Source: an uncultured Lachnospiraceae bacterium (lineage in GTDB: Bacteria > Bacillota > Clostridia > Lachnospirales > Lachnospiraceae). From it: a stretch of 61,493 nucleotides of DNA. The stretch spans positions 1 through 61,493 of the forward strand of contig CAMOZZ010000001.1 of NCBI GenBank assembly GCA_946631165.1, given 5' to 3'. The notes beneath the pieces were generated by a model. The model did not search any database. It was not told the DNA's origin and saw nothing but the letters and a program-made list of their open reading frames with translations. Made by a program: the position numbers and the translations under genes. Positions 1 to 7,973 of this stretch are shown here, piece after piece (the stretch's first letter is position 1; every line of letters begins with the position of its first letter).

Positions 1-661
1 TATCAAGATCTCCATGATCTCTGCCGCAGCAGGCATTGTTGTCGCGTTTTTCGGCGCAAGGGCCGCCCATCAGTCCACCGGCAAGCTGCACAATATCTTT
101 ATGGCGATCCTGAACATGGTCTCCAATTTCGCCGGCATTCCCCTTGCGTTCGCGTATATGATCCTGCTCGGCAACGCCGGCGTCATGACGCAGATCGGAC
201 GCGAATTCGGGATCTCCGCGCTGGCGGATTTCAATCTGTATTCCACAAACGGCGTGAGCCTTATCTATGTTTATTTCCAGATCCCGCTGTCCACGCTGCT
301 GCTCATTCCCGCCTTTGAAGGCGTGAGAAAGGAATGGCAGGAGGCTTCCACCCTGCTTGGCGCCACGAAAGGACAGTTCTGGACGAAGATCGGTATTCCG
401 GTCCTGATGCCCAGTATTATGGGCACCTTCAGCGTGCTTTTTGCAAATGCGCTTGCAGCTTATGCAACCGTATACGCGATCATGATGAACAGCATATCCC
501 TGCTGCCGATCCAGATCGCCGGCTGCTTCGTCGGCGAAGTCAAGATCAGGCCCGGTCTCGGCGGCGCGCTGTCTGTTGTCATGATGATCGTCATGGTGAT
601 TATGATCCTGATCACGAATGCGATCAGCAGACAGTTCCAGAAAGGGGGTAAGCAGGCATGA
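1..661 (+). CDS. ABC transporter permease (5' end cut by window edge)
   Basis: The frame is open from position 2. The sequence is multi-TM and hydrophobic, with an EAA-type cytoplasmic loop ('EASTLLGATKGQFWTKIGIPVL'). An ATGA stop/start overlap links it to the next permease. Confidence 0.85.
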   Translation, partial: IKISMISAAAGIVVAFFGARAAHQSTGKLHNIFMAILNMVSNFAGIPLAFAYMILLGNAGVMTQIGREFGISALADFNLYSTNGVSLIYVYFQIPLSTLLLIPAFEGVRKEWQEASTLLGATKGQFWTKIGIPVLMPSIMGTFSVLFANALAAYATVYAIMMNSISLLPIQIAGCFVGEVKIRPGLGGALSVVMMIVMVIMILITNAISRQFQKGGKQA

Positions 662-1455
662 AGAAGTCTGAAAAAGGTCCGGCGATCGTACTTATCCTCA
701 TTCTGATCTACCTTCTGATACCGCTGGTGGTATCGATTATTTATTCCATGTTCAGGAACTGGACCGGCATTGTTCCGAAAGGTTTTACGCTGGAGACGTA
801 TGCCAATCTGTTCAAAGACAAGGAGTTCCTGGCAAGTCTCGGACGCACCATCGTCATTGCGATCGTGCCGATCGTGCTGACGATCATCCTCGTGCTGCTT
901 GCACTTTTCGTGACCACGATCTATTTCCCGAGACTTGAGAAATATGTGCAGATCATCTGCATGATTCCCTATACCATCCAGGGCGTTATTCTTTCCGTCA
1001 GTATCCTGTCACTGTATGTGGCAAATCCTACCTTCCTGAGCAACCGCATCATCATGCTGATCGGTGCTTACTGCATTATCATTCTGCCGTATATCTATCA
1101 GGGTATCCGGAACGGTATGCGTGCGGTGAATATGCCGGTGCTGCTGGAAGCGGCGGAGATGCTGGGCGCTTCCCGGATCTATGCCTTCTTCCGCGTCATT
1201 GTCCCGAATATCCTTTCCGCCATCGTCGTTTCTTCCCTGCTGGCGGTCGGCATCATTTTCGGAGACTATGTACTGGTAAGAAATCTGGCGAGTTCCGCGT
1301 GGCCGAATGTCCAGATCTATCTGTACCAGGCAATGAAATCCGACAGTATGAAATCCAGTGCGGTCTTTGTGATCATCATGGCCGTTACCTTTGCGATCTC
1401 GGCGGTTGTACTGTATCTGAGAAGCCGTGAGAGCAGAGGCAGAAGAGCGCAGTAA
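658..1455 (+). CDS. ABC transporter permease (second membrane component)
   Basis: 265 aa with about 6 TM segments and an EAA loop ('EAAEMLGASRIYAFFRVIVPNI'). It is translationally coupled to the upstream permease. Confidence 0.88.
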   Translation: MKKSEKGPAIVLILILIYLLIPLVVSIIYSMFRNWTGIVPKGFTLETYANLFKDKEFLASLGRTIVIAIVPIVLTIILVLLALFVTTIYFPRLEKYVQIICMIPYTIQGVILSVSILSLYVANPTFLSNRIIMLIGAYCIIILPYIYQGIRNGMRAVNMPVLLEAAEMLGASRIYAFFRVIVPNILSAIVVSSLLAVGIIFGDYVLVRNLASSAWPNVQIYLYQAMKSDSMKSSAVFVIIMAVTFAISAVVLYLRSRESRGRRAQ

Positions 1456-1506
1456 TACGGAAGTTCCCGGGAAAACAAAGAGAATAAAAACAGGGAGAAC
1501 TTGTTT

Positions 1507-2514
1507 ATGTCATATATAAAATTCGAAAATCTGTATAAGAGCTTTGGTTCGAATGAGGTGCTTAAGGATATCAATCTGGAGATCGAGCAGGGACAGCTGG
1601 TCACACTGCTCGGACCGTCCGGATGCGGAAAGTCCACGCTTCTGCGGTGTCTCGCAGGGCTGGAGACTGTCACGAGCGGAAAAGTCTATCTGGACGGAAA
1701 GGATATCACGAATGTCGATCCGAAGAACCGCGGTATCGGCATGGTATTCCAGCAGTATTCCCTTTTCCCGAATATGAATGTCCTGCAGAATGTCAAATTC
1801 GGTCTTGCCATGAAGAAGGTGGACAAGGCGCTTGCGGACAAAAAATCCAGAGAGATCCTGGAAGTCGTAGGTCTTGGCGACAAGCTGAAGCAGTACCCTT
1901 CGCAGCTTTCCGGCGGACAGCAGCAGCGTGCTGCCCTTGCCAGGGCAATCGTAACGGAGCCGAAGGAGCTTCTGCTTGACGAGCCGCTGTCGGCGATCGA
2001 TGCCCTGCTGCGGCATTCCCTGCAGGTGGAGATCCGGCGGATCCAGCGGGATCTCGGCATCACCGCGATCTTTGTTACGCATGACCAGGAGGAAGCCATG
2101 GTCATGTCGGATATGATCCACCTGATGTATAAGGGACAGATCGAGCAGTCTGCAAAACCGACAGATCTGTATACAAAGCCGAGGACTTCTTTCGTCGCTT
2201 CCTTTATCGGTCATTACAATCTGTTCGACGCTGCGACAATGAAGAAACTCACCGGGGAAGCAGTCGACTGTGAAAATGTCGCTTTCCGGCCGGAGATCAT
2301 CGGCATCAGCAGAACGCCGGTCGAAAAAGAGAATGCCTTCACGATGAAGGGGACCGTGAATGTTTCGCTTCCGCACGGAAATATCCTCCGCTATGCCGTC
2401 ATGTGCGGCGATATCCAGGTAGATGTGGACGTGCTGTTCGGACAGTCCGAGCTGTTCGAAGCGGGTGATGAGGTTTATCTGACTGTCAGCAAAGCGGAAT
2501 GTATCTATCTGTAA
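1507..2514 (+). CDS. ABC transporter ATP-binding protein (PotA/UgpC-like)
   Basis: Walker A 'GPSGCGKST', signature 'LSGGQQQR' and Walker B 'LLLDEPLS' are present. I prefer the ATG at 1507, which lies 8 nt after GGGAGA, over the TTG at 1501 in the ORF track. Confidence 0.92.
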   Translation: MSYIKFENLYKSFGSNEVLKDINLEIEQGQLVTLLGPSGCGKSTLLRCLAGLETVTSGKVYLDGKDITNVDPKNRGIGMVFQQYSLFPNMNVLQNVKFGLAMKKVDKALADKKSREILEVVGLGDKLKQYPSQLSGGQQQRAALARAIVTEPKELLLDEPLSAIDALLRHSLQVEIRRIQRDLGITAIFVTHDQEEAMVMSDMIHLMYKGQIEQSAKPTDLYTKPRTSFVASFIGHYNLFDAATMKKLTGEAVDCENVAFRPEIIGISRTPVEKENAFTMKGTVNVSLPHGNILRYAVMCGDIQVDVDVLFGQSELFEAGDEVYLTVSKAECIYL

Positions 2515-2524
2515 GGAGCGGAAA

Positions 2525-3244
2525 ATGATATTGAATTTTGCCCACCGCGGTTTTTCCGGACGGTATCCGGAGAACACCATGCTGGCTTATGAAAAAGCGG
2601 TCGAAGCCGGCTGCGACGGTATTGAGCTGGATGTCCATCTCTCTGCCGATGGCGAACTGGTCCTGATCCATGACGAACGGGTAGACCGCACTGCGGACGG
2701 CGTCGGTTTTGTCGGCAGAATGACACTGAAAGAGCTGCGGGCCCTGGATGCTTCGGCAGGCTTCCGCGGACAGTACGGCGTCAACCGGATCCCGACGCTG
2801 AAAGAATATCTGGCTTTCGCAAAAGAAGCCGGGATCATGACGAATATTGAGCTGAAAACAGGCGTTTACACCTATCCCGGCATCGAAGAGAAGACGCTTG
2901 CGATGATCGATGATTTCGGCCTGCGGGATAAGATCCTCTTTTCTTCCTTCAATCATTATTCCGTGAAGCGCATGCAGGCGCTGGCGCCGGAGATGACATA
3001 CGGACTGCTGGAGGAGAGCCGGATCATCGATCTCCCGGCGTATACTGCGGCGCAGGGCGTGCAGGCGGTTCATCCGGAATATCATATGGTGGATGAGGCG
3101 TTTATGGTGTCCGCCCGGGAACACGGCCTCGCAGTCAATGTGTGGACTGTGAATACGGAATACGCGATGCGGCGGATGGTAAGCTGCGGCGTTGATATGA
3201 TCATCGGAAACTATCCTGATCTCTGCAGGAGTGTGCTTGGATAA
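2525..3244 (+). CDS. Glycerophosphodiester phosphodiesterase (GDPD family, cytoplasmic UgpQ-like)
   Basis: GDPD motifs 'AHRGFSGRYPENT' and 'IELDVHLSADGELVLIHD' are present. An AAGGAG RBS precedes the start, and the gene follows the ABC importer. Confidence 0.9.
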   Translation: MILNFAHRGFSGRYPENTMLAYEKAVEAGCDGIELDVHLSADGELVLIHDERVDRTADGVGFVGRMTLKELRALDASAGFRGQYGVNRIPTLKEYLAFAKEAGIMTNIELKTGVYTYPGIEEKTLAMIDDFGLRDKILFSSFNHYSVKRMQALAPEMTYGLLEESRIIDLPAYTAAQGVQAVHPEYHMVDEAFMVSAREHGLAVNVWTVNTEYAMRRMVSCGVDMIIGNYPDLCRSVLG

Positions 3245-3265
3245 AGAGCTGTACAAAAAGGAAAA

Positions 3266-3296
3266 CGTAAAAAGAACAGGGGCGCTCCCTGTTCTT
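3266..3296 (-). terminator. Rho-independent terminator (hairpin plus T-run read on minus strand)
   Basis: 10-bp stem AAGAACAGGG/CCCTGTTCTT (3272-3281 / 3287-3296) with a 5-nt loop. The A-run at 3266-3271 reads as a T-run on the minus strand. Confidence 0.55.
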
Positions 3297-3302
3297 CAAC
3301 GG

Positions 3303-3327
3303 AAGGCTGCCGTATGGCAGCCTTTTA
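3303..3327 (+). terminator. Rho-independent terminator after the GDPD gene
   Basis: 9-bp stem AAGGCTGCC/GGCAGCCTT with loop GTAT, followed by TTTT. It overlaps the stop codon of the convergent vWA gene. Confidence 0.55.
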
Positions 3328-5070
3328 TAATTGTGCCAGCATATCTCTTAAACGGCGGCCTGCGGATCCGCCGAAATCCTCGGCTCTTCTGATACGGAGA
3401 AAGGACGAACCGTAGATCATCCGCTCGTTGTCGAGCTCGGCGTCTTCCCCGAGAAATATCCCGAGCACCCGGACGCCCAGCCGTTTCAGCCTGCGGACCT
3501 GCGCACAGGTATCCTGCACCGCCGTGTATCCGATATATTTTTTCTGCATGCCGGGACGTACCCGGCCGCTCACCATATCGTTGGGAAGCCCGTCGCTGAA
3601 AACGATGAGGATCTTTGTTTCCTCTCTCCGCTTCAGAAGATCGATGCCGGCTGCTGCAAAGGCAAGCCCGTCGCGGTTGTTGGAAGAAGCATGATAGTCG
3701 AGGATGCGGTAATCGCCGTCGGGGCCGTCGTCATAATCCCGGAAACGGCGCAGGATGGTATGGTCTCCGTAGGTACAGTAGCTCATTACGCGGTGCGGGA
3801 TGCCGACGCGGGTCAGCGCGGTACTGAACATATAACTTTGGAGCGCGACCATTCCCTGTCTGGAGGACTGGGAACCGCTGGCGTCGATCAGGAGCTCGAT
3901 GGCCACGGAAGGATGTTCATGCTTTACCGTTTTATAAAACAGCTGCGGGTCCTCCACGCGGCTGACTTTCCACAGGCTGCCGATGTGCAGTGTGCCGTGA
4001 TCCGCACGGTATGTTTCAGGATCGCTCATGAGATTGAGCACATTCCGGAACGCCTGCTCTATGCTGCGGATGCCTGTAAGGGCAGCGGCTTCTTTTTCTT
4101 TCAGCAGTCTGCGATTGGCATCACGGTACTGCATTGCCTTGCGGACCTGCAGAGAAGCGTTTTCAGCATCTTCTTCCGTAAAGCCGTCTGTGAACAGAAG
4201 TTTTCTTCCTTCATGAATGCCACAGCAGGCCAGCTGCTCGATTTCGCTCATTTCCCGTCCGGTCTTGAAGCTTTTTCCGAAATTCCGCTCGACATAATCC
4301 GGGATGCGGGCAAGCGCGGTATCGGAAAGCAGGAGGCCAGCATCGGTCAGGTCGGATCGTTTCCCGAAGGAAAGGTCCCGCTCCGGATCCTCTGTATTCT
4401 CGCGTACGGGCGTATCGGAAGCACTTTCGAATTCGCTCTCATCGAAGACTTCATATTCCGGAAGGGGATCCTCGTCGTGATCGGGCGCGAAGTATTTCAT
4501 GAAGATCTCTTTGTACAGCTTTACGGCCTGTTCCACAAGGGTCTGCGCATCTGTGCATCCGGCACTGCCGTATACCAGTTCGAATAAAAGCTGCAGGGCA
4601 TTCCTGTTAAAACCGTTAAAACGCCGTACGAAATCCAGACTTTCAGGATCTGCCGCATCCGGGAACTGCCTGACAAGCAGGAGGATGCGCAGCCAGTTCC
4701 TGGCTGTCGCGCGCCAGTGGAGCGGATCATTGTGAAGCAGTTCTTTTGCCGCAAGTTCCGCCATGGCGGGGATGCCCGGGCGGTCTTCGGTAATCCGTGT
4801 CCGTACGGCATATTCCAGACAGATGTGCGTTGTCTGAAGAAGCACCCGCATATTGTAATCCGCATAGCGGAAGCGTCTGAGCCACAGATTCAGGTCATCC
4901 AGGCCGAAGATCCTGTCTGCGCCGCCGAGAATGATGCCTTCGTAAGCGGCGGTCCTTCCGCCTGCCTCAAAAAACGGGCTGCTCATGGCTTGTATGTACT
5001 GCGGGAATGCCCGTTTTGTATGATCTCCGGAAACGGTAAGGAAAAGACTTTCCGAACGGTCGATGTTCAT
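3325..5070 (-). CDS. vWA-domain protein, NorD/CobT/CbbO-like partner of the upstream AAA+ ATPase
   Basis: The C-terminal von Willebrand A domain has an intact MIDAS motif ('LLIDASGSQSS' ... 'IVFSDGLPND'). The roughly 380-aa N-terminal region has no motif I recognise. The gene starts 12 nt after the AAA+ gene and has a GAGGTGA RBS. Confidence 0.8.
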   Translation of the reverse strand: MNIDRSESLFLTVSGDHTKRAFPQYIQAMSSPFFEAGGRTAAYEGIILGGADRIFGLDDLNLWLRRFRYADYNMRVLLQTTHICLEYAVRTRITEDRPGIPAMAELAAKELLHNDPLHWRATARNWLRILLLVRQFPDAADPESLDFVRRFNGFNRNALQLLFELVYGSAGCTDAQTLVEQAVKLYKEIFMKYFAPDHDEDPLPEYEVFDESEFESASDTPVRENTEDPERDLSFGKRSDLTDAGLLLSDTALARIPDYVERNFGKSFKTGREMSEIEQLACCGIHEGRKLLFTDGFTEEDAENASLQVRKAMQYRDANRRLLKEKEAAALTGIRSIEQAFRNVLNLMSDPETYRADHGTLHIGSLWKVSRVEDPQLFYKTVKHEHPSVAIELLIDASGSQSSRQGMVALQSYMFSTALTRVGIPHRVMSYCTYGDHTILRRFRDYDDGPDGDYRILDYHASSNNRDGLAFAAAGIDLLKRREETKILIVFSDGLPNDMVSGRVRPGMQKKYIGYTAVQDTCAQVRRLKRLGVRVLGIFLGEDAELDNERMIYGSSFLRIRRAEDFGGSAGRRLRDMLAQL

Positions 5071-5082
5071 CCTGTCACCTCA

Positions 5083-5937
5083 TCACGCGAATCTTGTCAT
5101 AACGATATCATCGACCAGTGTGCGTTCATACTCGTCAAATACTTTGTTGGTCACGCTGATCGTGACAGCGTCTTTCGGGGACATGCCGCCCGTCATGAGC
5201 CGGAGCGCAGTGATCATGCCGCGCAGGTCAACGGAATTCGTGGAGATCTCGCCGTTGACAGCCTTTTCATTCAGATCCAGGAAAAGCGCCGCGCAGTGGT
5301 TCAGCTGTTCAGCAGCCGCTTCGGGTGCTTCGATGCGGAGCAGTTCCTGCAGGTTGTTTTCGGAAAGGACCGGCATGCGGATGACTGTGAAGCGGGATAC
5401 CAGGGCTTCGTTCAGTTCACGGGTCCCCTCGTAACCGTAGTTCATCGTGGCAATGAAGCGGGTCGCGGGATGCACCGGAATGAGTTCATACCCGGGGATA
5501 TCGATGATCCGGCGGTAATCAAGGACAGCATGAAGGACGGCCACGGCATCGCTTTTTGCCATATTGATCTCGTCGAGGATGCAGAAACCGCCGTGTAAGG
5601 CAGCGTTCGTGACCGGACCGCGCCGGAGTTTCACTTCGCCGGCACTGAACGTGTCAGTCCCGATCAGGGTATTGCTGTCGGTATTCACATGAAAGGAGAC
5701 TGTGTAGACCGGACGTCTGAAAAGCCAGGCCAGATTGTCCGCCAGGATATTCTTGCCGGTCGCCTTTCCGCCGCACAGGAGGATATTTTCCCCTTCCAGA
5801 AGGGCGTGTACGGCCAGCTCGAAAGTCTCTTCACCGATAAAATCCACCGCGGGTCTTATGATACGGTCTGAAACGGACGGATCTGCGGGATAGGTGTTTG
5901 CAAAATCTGCCACACGGGCCATTAATTCATTGTTCAT
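5083..5937 (-). CDS. MoxR-class AAA+ ATPase (NorQ/CbbQ/AAA_5-like)
   Basis: Walker A-like 'LLCGGKATGKN', Walker B 'FCILDEINMA' and sensor-1 'FIATMN' are present. The 284-aa size is typical of NorQ/CbbQ. Confidence 0.8.
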   Translation of the reverse strand: MNNELMARVADFANTYPADPSVSDRIIRPAVDFIGEETFELAVHALLEGENILLCGGKATGKNILADNLAWLFRRPVYTVSFHVNTDSNTLIGTDTFSAGEVKLRRGPVTNAALHGGFCILDEINMAKSDAVAVLHAVLDYRRIIDIPGYELIPVHPATRFIATMNYGYEGTRELNEALVSRFTVIRMPVLSENNLQELLRIEAPEAAAEQLNHCAALFLDLNEKAVNGEISTNSVDLRGMITALRLMTGGMSPKDAVTISVTNKVFDEYERTLVDDIVMTRFA

Positions 5938-5971
5938 GACGCGGGATCCTTTCTTTCAGATTTTCTGTTTG

Positions 5972-5980
5972 ATTATACCA
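5972..5980 (-). promoter_or_regulatory. Extended -10 element (TGGTATAAT) for the AAA+/vWA operon
   Basis: The reverse complement of 5972-5980 reads TGGTATAAT, about 35 nt upstream of the ATG at 5937. No good -35 element is visible. Confidence 0.4.
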
Positions 5981-6103
5981 TAAACCGGGAAGAATATGAT
6001 ATAATGACTGCAGCGTCAAAAAGCAGTTTCCGATTCATGCCTGCATGAAAAGGGAGGAGTGTCAGCGCTCGAAAAACGAAGCGATCCGGATGGAATCATG
6101 ACG

Positions 6104-6132
6104 TTGCTTTTGGCAGGTGAATCGTATATAAT
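6104..6132 (+). promoter_or_regulatory. Sigma-A type promoter (TTGCTT-17-TATAAT) for the lipoprotein gene
   Basis: -35 at 6104-6109 and -10 at 6127-6132, separated by a 17-nt spacer, about 43 nt upstream of the ATG at 6175. Confidence 0.45.
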
Positions 6133-6174
6133 TCTACAGTTGACAGGAAGGAACAGAAACGGACGGAAAAAGAT

Positions 6175-6720
6175 ATGAAGAACATCATTTTGAGAATATG
6201 CGTTATCATGACTGCTGTGCTCTGCCTGACAGGCTGTTCGGGAAGATCTTCTGAAAAAGTAAATACCAATACAGTCGCAGGATTCCTGTTCAGTTTTGAC
6301 CAGCGCGAGAAGACCAGGCTGCTTGCGGATGCGATCGCGAAGAAGGAGTATCCTGTGAAGATCACATGGTGCTACGATCCTTTAAGCAATGATGCAGATC
6401 CGGATATCATACCGGTTGAAGAGACCGGGGAAAGCGGTCTGCAGGAAGAAAACACAGCAGACGAAACGGAACCGGAAGCAGTGATCAATGAGACACAGGA
6501 TGCGGAAAAAATAAAGGATATCTGTATGGCTCTCAGCAATGCCATTATCATAGATAACGCAAAAGATCTGAGCACAAAAACACCGTACTTCGTTGAACTG
6601 ACGCTCACGGACGGAACAGCATGCCGGTTCGATTTCGTATCGCGGTCAGTGATACGTCTGAGTGAACAGAATTATGCTGTGGAGACAGACGGTAATCTGT
6701 GGGGGCTGCTGACAGAGTGA
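6175..6720 (+). CDS. Hypothetical lipoprotein
   Basis: The signal peptide carries a lipobox ('VLCLTGCSG'). The mature part is acidic, and I recognise no family motif. Confidence 0.6.
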   Translation: MKNIILRICVIMTAVLCLTGCSGRSSEKVNTNTVAGFLFSFDQREKTRLLADAIAKKEYPVKITWCYDPLSNDADPDIIPVEETGESGLQEENTADETEPEAVINETQDAEKIKDICMALSNAIIIDNAKDLSTKTPYFVELTLTDGTACRFDFVSRSVIRLSEQNYAVETDGNLWGLLTE

Positions 6721-6738
6721 TCCGGATGGGGAGGCTGC

Positions 6739-7284
6739 ATGGAATTATTTGAAGGAAGACCGGAAAATACGGAAGGGAGACTTCCGAGAGAAATAAGAGT
6801 ATATGATCATCTGGACAGTCTGGGGATCCATTACATCAGGACGGATCATGAACCCGTCAATACCATGGAGAAATGCCGGGAGATCGATGCCGTGCTGGAA
6901 GGGCAGCTCTGCAAGAATCTGTTTCTGTGCAACCGGCAGAAAACGAATTTCTATCTTCTGCTGATGCCGGATGATAAAAAATTCAAGACCAAAGAATTAT
7001 CCGCCCAGATCGGATCGGCCAGGCTTTCCTTTGCGGATGCGGAAGCGATGCTGCGGTATCTGGATATAGAGCCCGGTGCGGTAAGCGTAATGGGCCTGAT
7101 CAATGATAAGGAGAAGGATGTACAGCTGCTGATCGATGAGGATGTGCTGAAGGAAGAATACCTGTGCTGCCATCCCTGCGTCTGCACTTCCAGCCTGAAG
7201 ATGAAGACGGAGGACGTGGTCAGAAAATTCCTGCCTTCCGTCGGACATGATTACAGGACGGTGCATCTGGTGGGAGAAGATTGA
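6739..7284 (+). CDS. Prolyl-tRNA trans-editing protein, YbaK/ProX family
   Basis: The size, the 'KNLFLCNRQK...YLLLM' segment and the 'GAVSVMGL' segment match my recollection of free-standing YbaK/ProX/INS-like deacylases. A GGGGAGG RBS precedes the start. Confidence 0.7.
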   Translation: MELFEGRPENTEGRLPREIRVYDHLDSLGIHYIRTDHEPVNTMEKCREIDAVLEGQLCKNLFLCNRQKTNFYLLLMPDDKKFKTKELSAQIGSARLSFADAEAMLRYLDIEPGAVSVMGLINDKEKDVQLLIDEDVLKEEYLCCHPCVCTSSLKMKTEDVVRKFLPSVGHDYRTVHLVGED

Positions 7285-7285
7285 A

Positions 7286-7311
7286 GAGGGGCGCATCGCG
7301 CCCCCTTTTTC
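7286..7311 (+). terminator. Rho-independent terminator
   Basis: Stem GGGGCGC/GCGCCCC with a 3-nt loop, followed by TTTTT, immediately after the stop at 7284. Confidence 0.75.
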
Positions 7312-7354
7312 AGAGAAGGCGATCGGAAGCAGAGTAAATCCGGGTGATAAAAAG

Positions 7355-7939
7355 ATGATCTATATTGTCAGGCACGGACAGACAGCAAAAAACAAAGCAA
7401 ATATCCTGCAGGGAAGGAGCGATCTTCCGCTGAATGAAACAGGCCTGAAGCAGGCGGAAGAAACCGGCCGGCGGTTCGCTGCCGCCGGTATCGTGATCCG
7501 GAAAGTCTGGTCCAGCCCGCTGATCCGGGCGAGACAGACGGCGGAAGCGATCGCGCCGGGTGTTCCCTGTCTGACGGATGAAAGGCTGATCGAAATGGAT
7601 TATGGTCCGTATGAAGGGATGGATCTGAACGATCCTGCCCCGGAGGTGCTGACCTTCTTCCGGGATTTCGTGCATAATCCGGCGCCGGAGGGCATGGAAC
7701 CGCTTTCGGAAGTGGTCAGAAGAGCGGGAGAATTTCTGGAAGATATCAGGGAGGAAGCCGTTTCGGCGGATCTGCTCATCTCGACCCATGCGATCGCCAT
7801 GAAGGGGATCCTGGAATATCTTACGCCTGCTTCACACGGAAAATACTGGTCGAAATATATAGGAAACTGTGAAGTCTATGCTGCGGAAGCAAAGGCTGAC
7901 GGAACCTTTTCCGTTCCGCAGAAGTGCTTCGGGAGCTGA
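7355..7939 (+). CDS. Histidine phosphatase family protein (phosphoglycerate mutase-like)
   Basis: The 'IYIVRHGQT' RHG motif and a second His in 'LISTHAIAMKG' are present. I prefer the ATG at 7355, because the 7247 extension in the ORF track runs through the upstream terminator. Confidence 0.85.
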   Translation: MIYIVRHGQTAKNKANILQGRSDLPLNETGLKQAEETGRRFAAAGIVIRKVWSSPLIRARQTAEAIAPGVPCLTDERLIEMDYGPYEGMDLNDPAPEVLTFFRDFVHNPAPEGMEPLSEVVRRAGEFLEDIREEAVSADLLISTHAIAMKGILEYLTPASHGKYWSKYIGNCEVYAAEAKADGTFSVPQKCFGS

Positions 7940-7973
7940 ACCGCAGCAGAGAACAGAGGAAAGAATACTGCCA

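Noticed and set aside
334-651. A 105-aa alternative-frame ORF inside the first ABC permease gene. Similar nested same-strand ORFs occur at, for example, 1544-1777, 1623-1979 and 8503-8910.
   Set aside because: They are out-of-frame overlaps within strongly supported genes. The products are Arg-rich low-complexity sequences with no RBS.
3325-5937. Reading the AAA+/vWA pair literally as NorQ/NorD nitric-oxide reductase activation proteins.
   Set aside because: There are no norB/norC genes, cbb genes or cobN in the window. The family resemblance supports only the generic MoxR-vWA mechanism, not that specific function.
7247-7354. N-terminal extensions proposed by the ORF track. Examples are 7247 for the histidine phosphatase, 7869, 20617, 22376, 23120, 32712, the 38473 start of the GAPDH ORF, 38517, 41365, 51305, 58761 and 59147.
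   Set aside because: The extensions start at non-ATG or RBS-less codons. They run through upstream terminators or overlap the preceding gene, and they add residues absent from the conserved family N-termini. Internal ATG or GTG starts with GGAGG-type RBSs were preferred.
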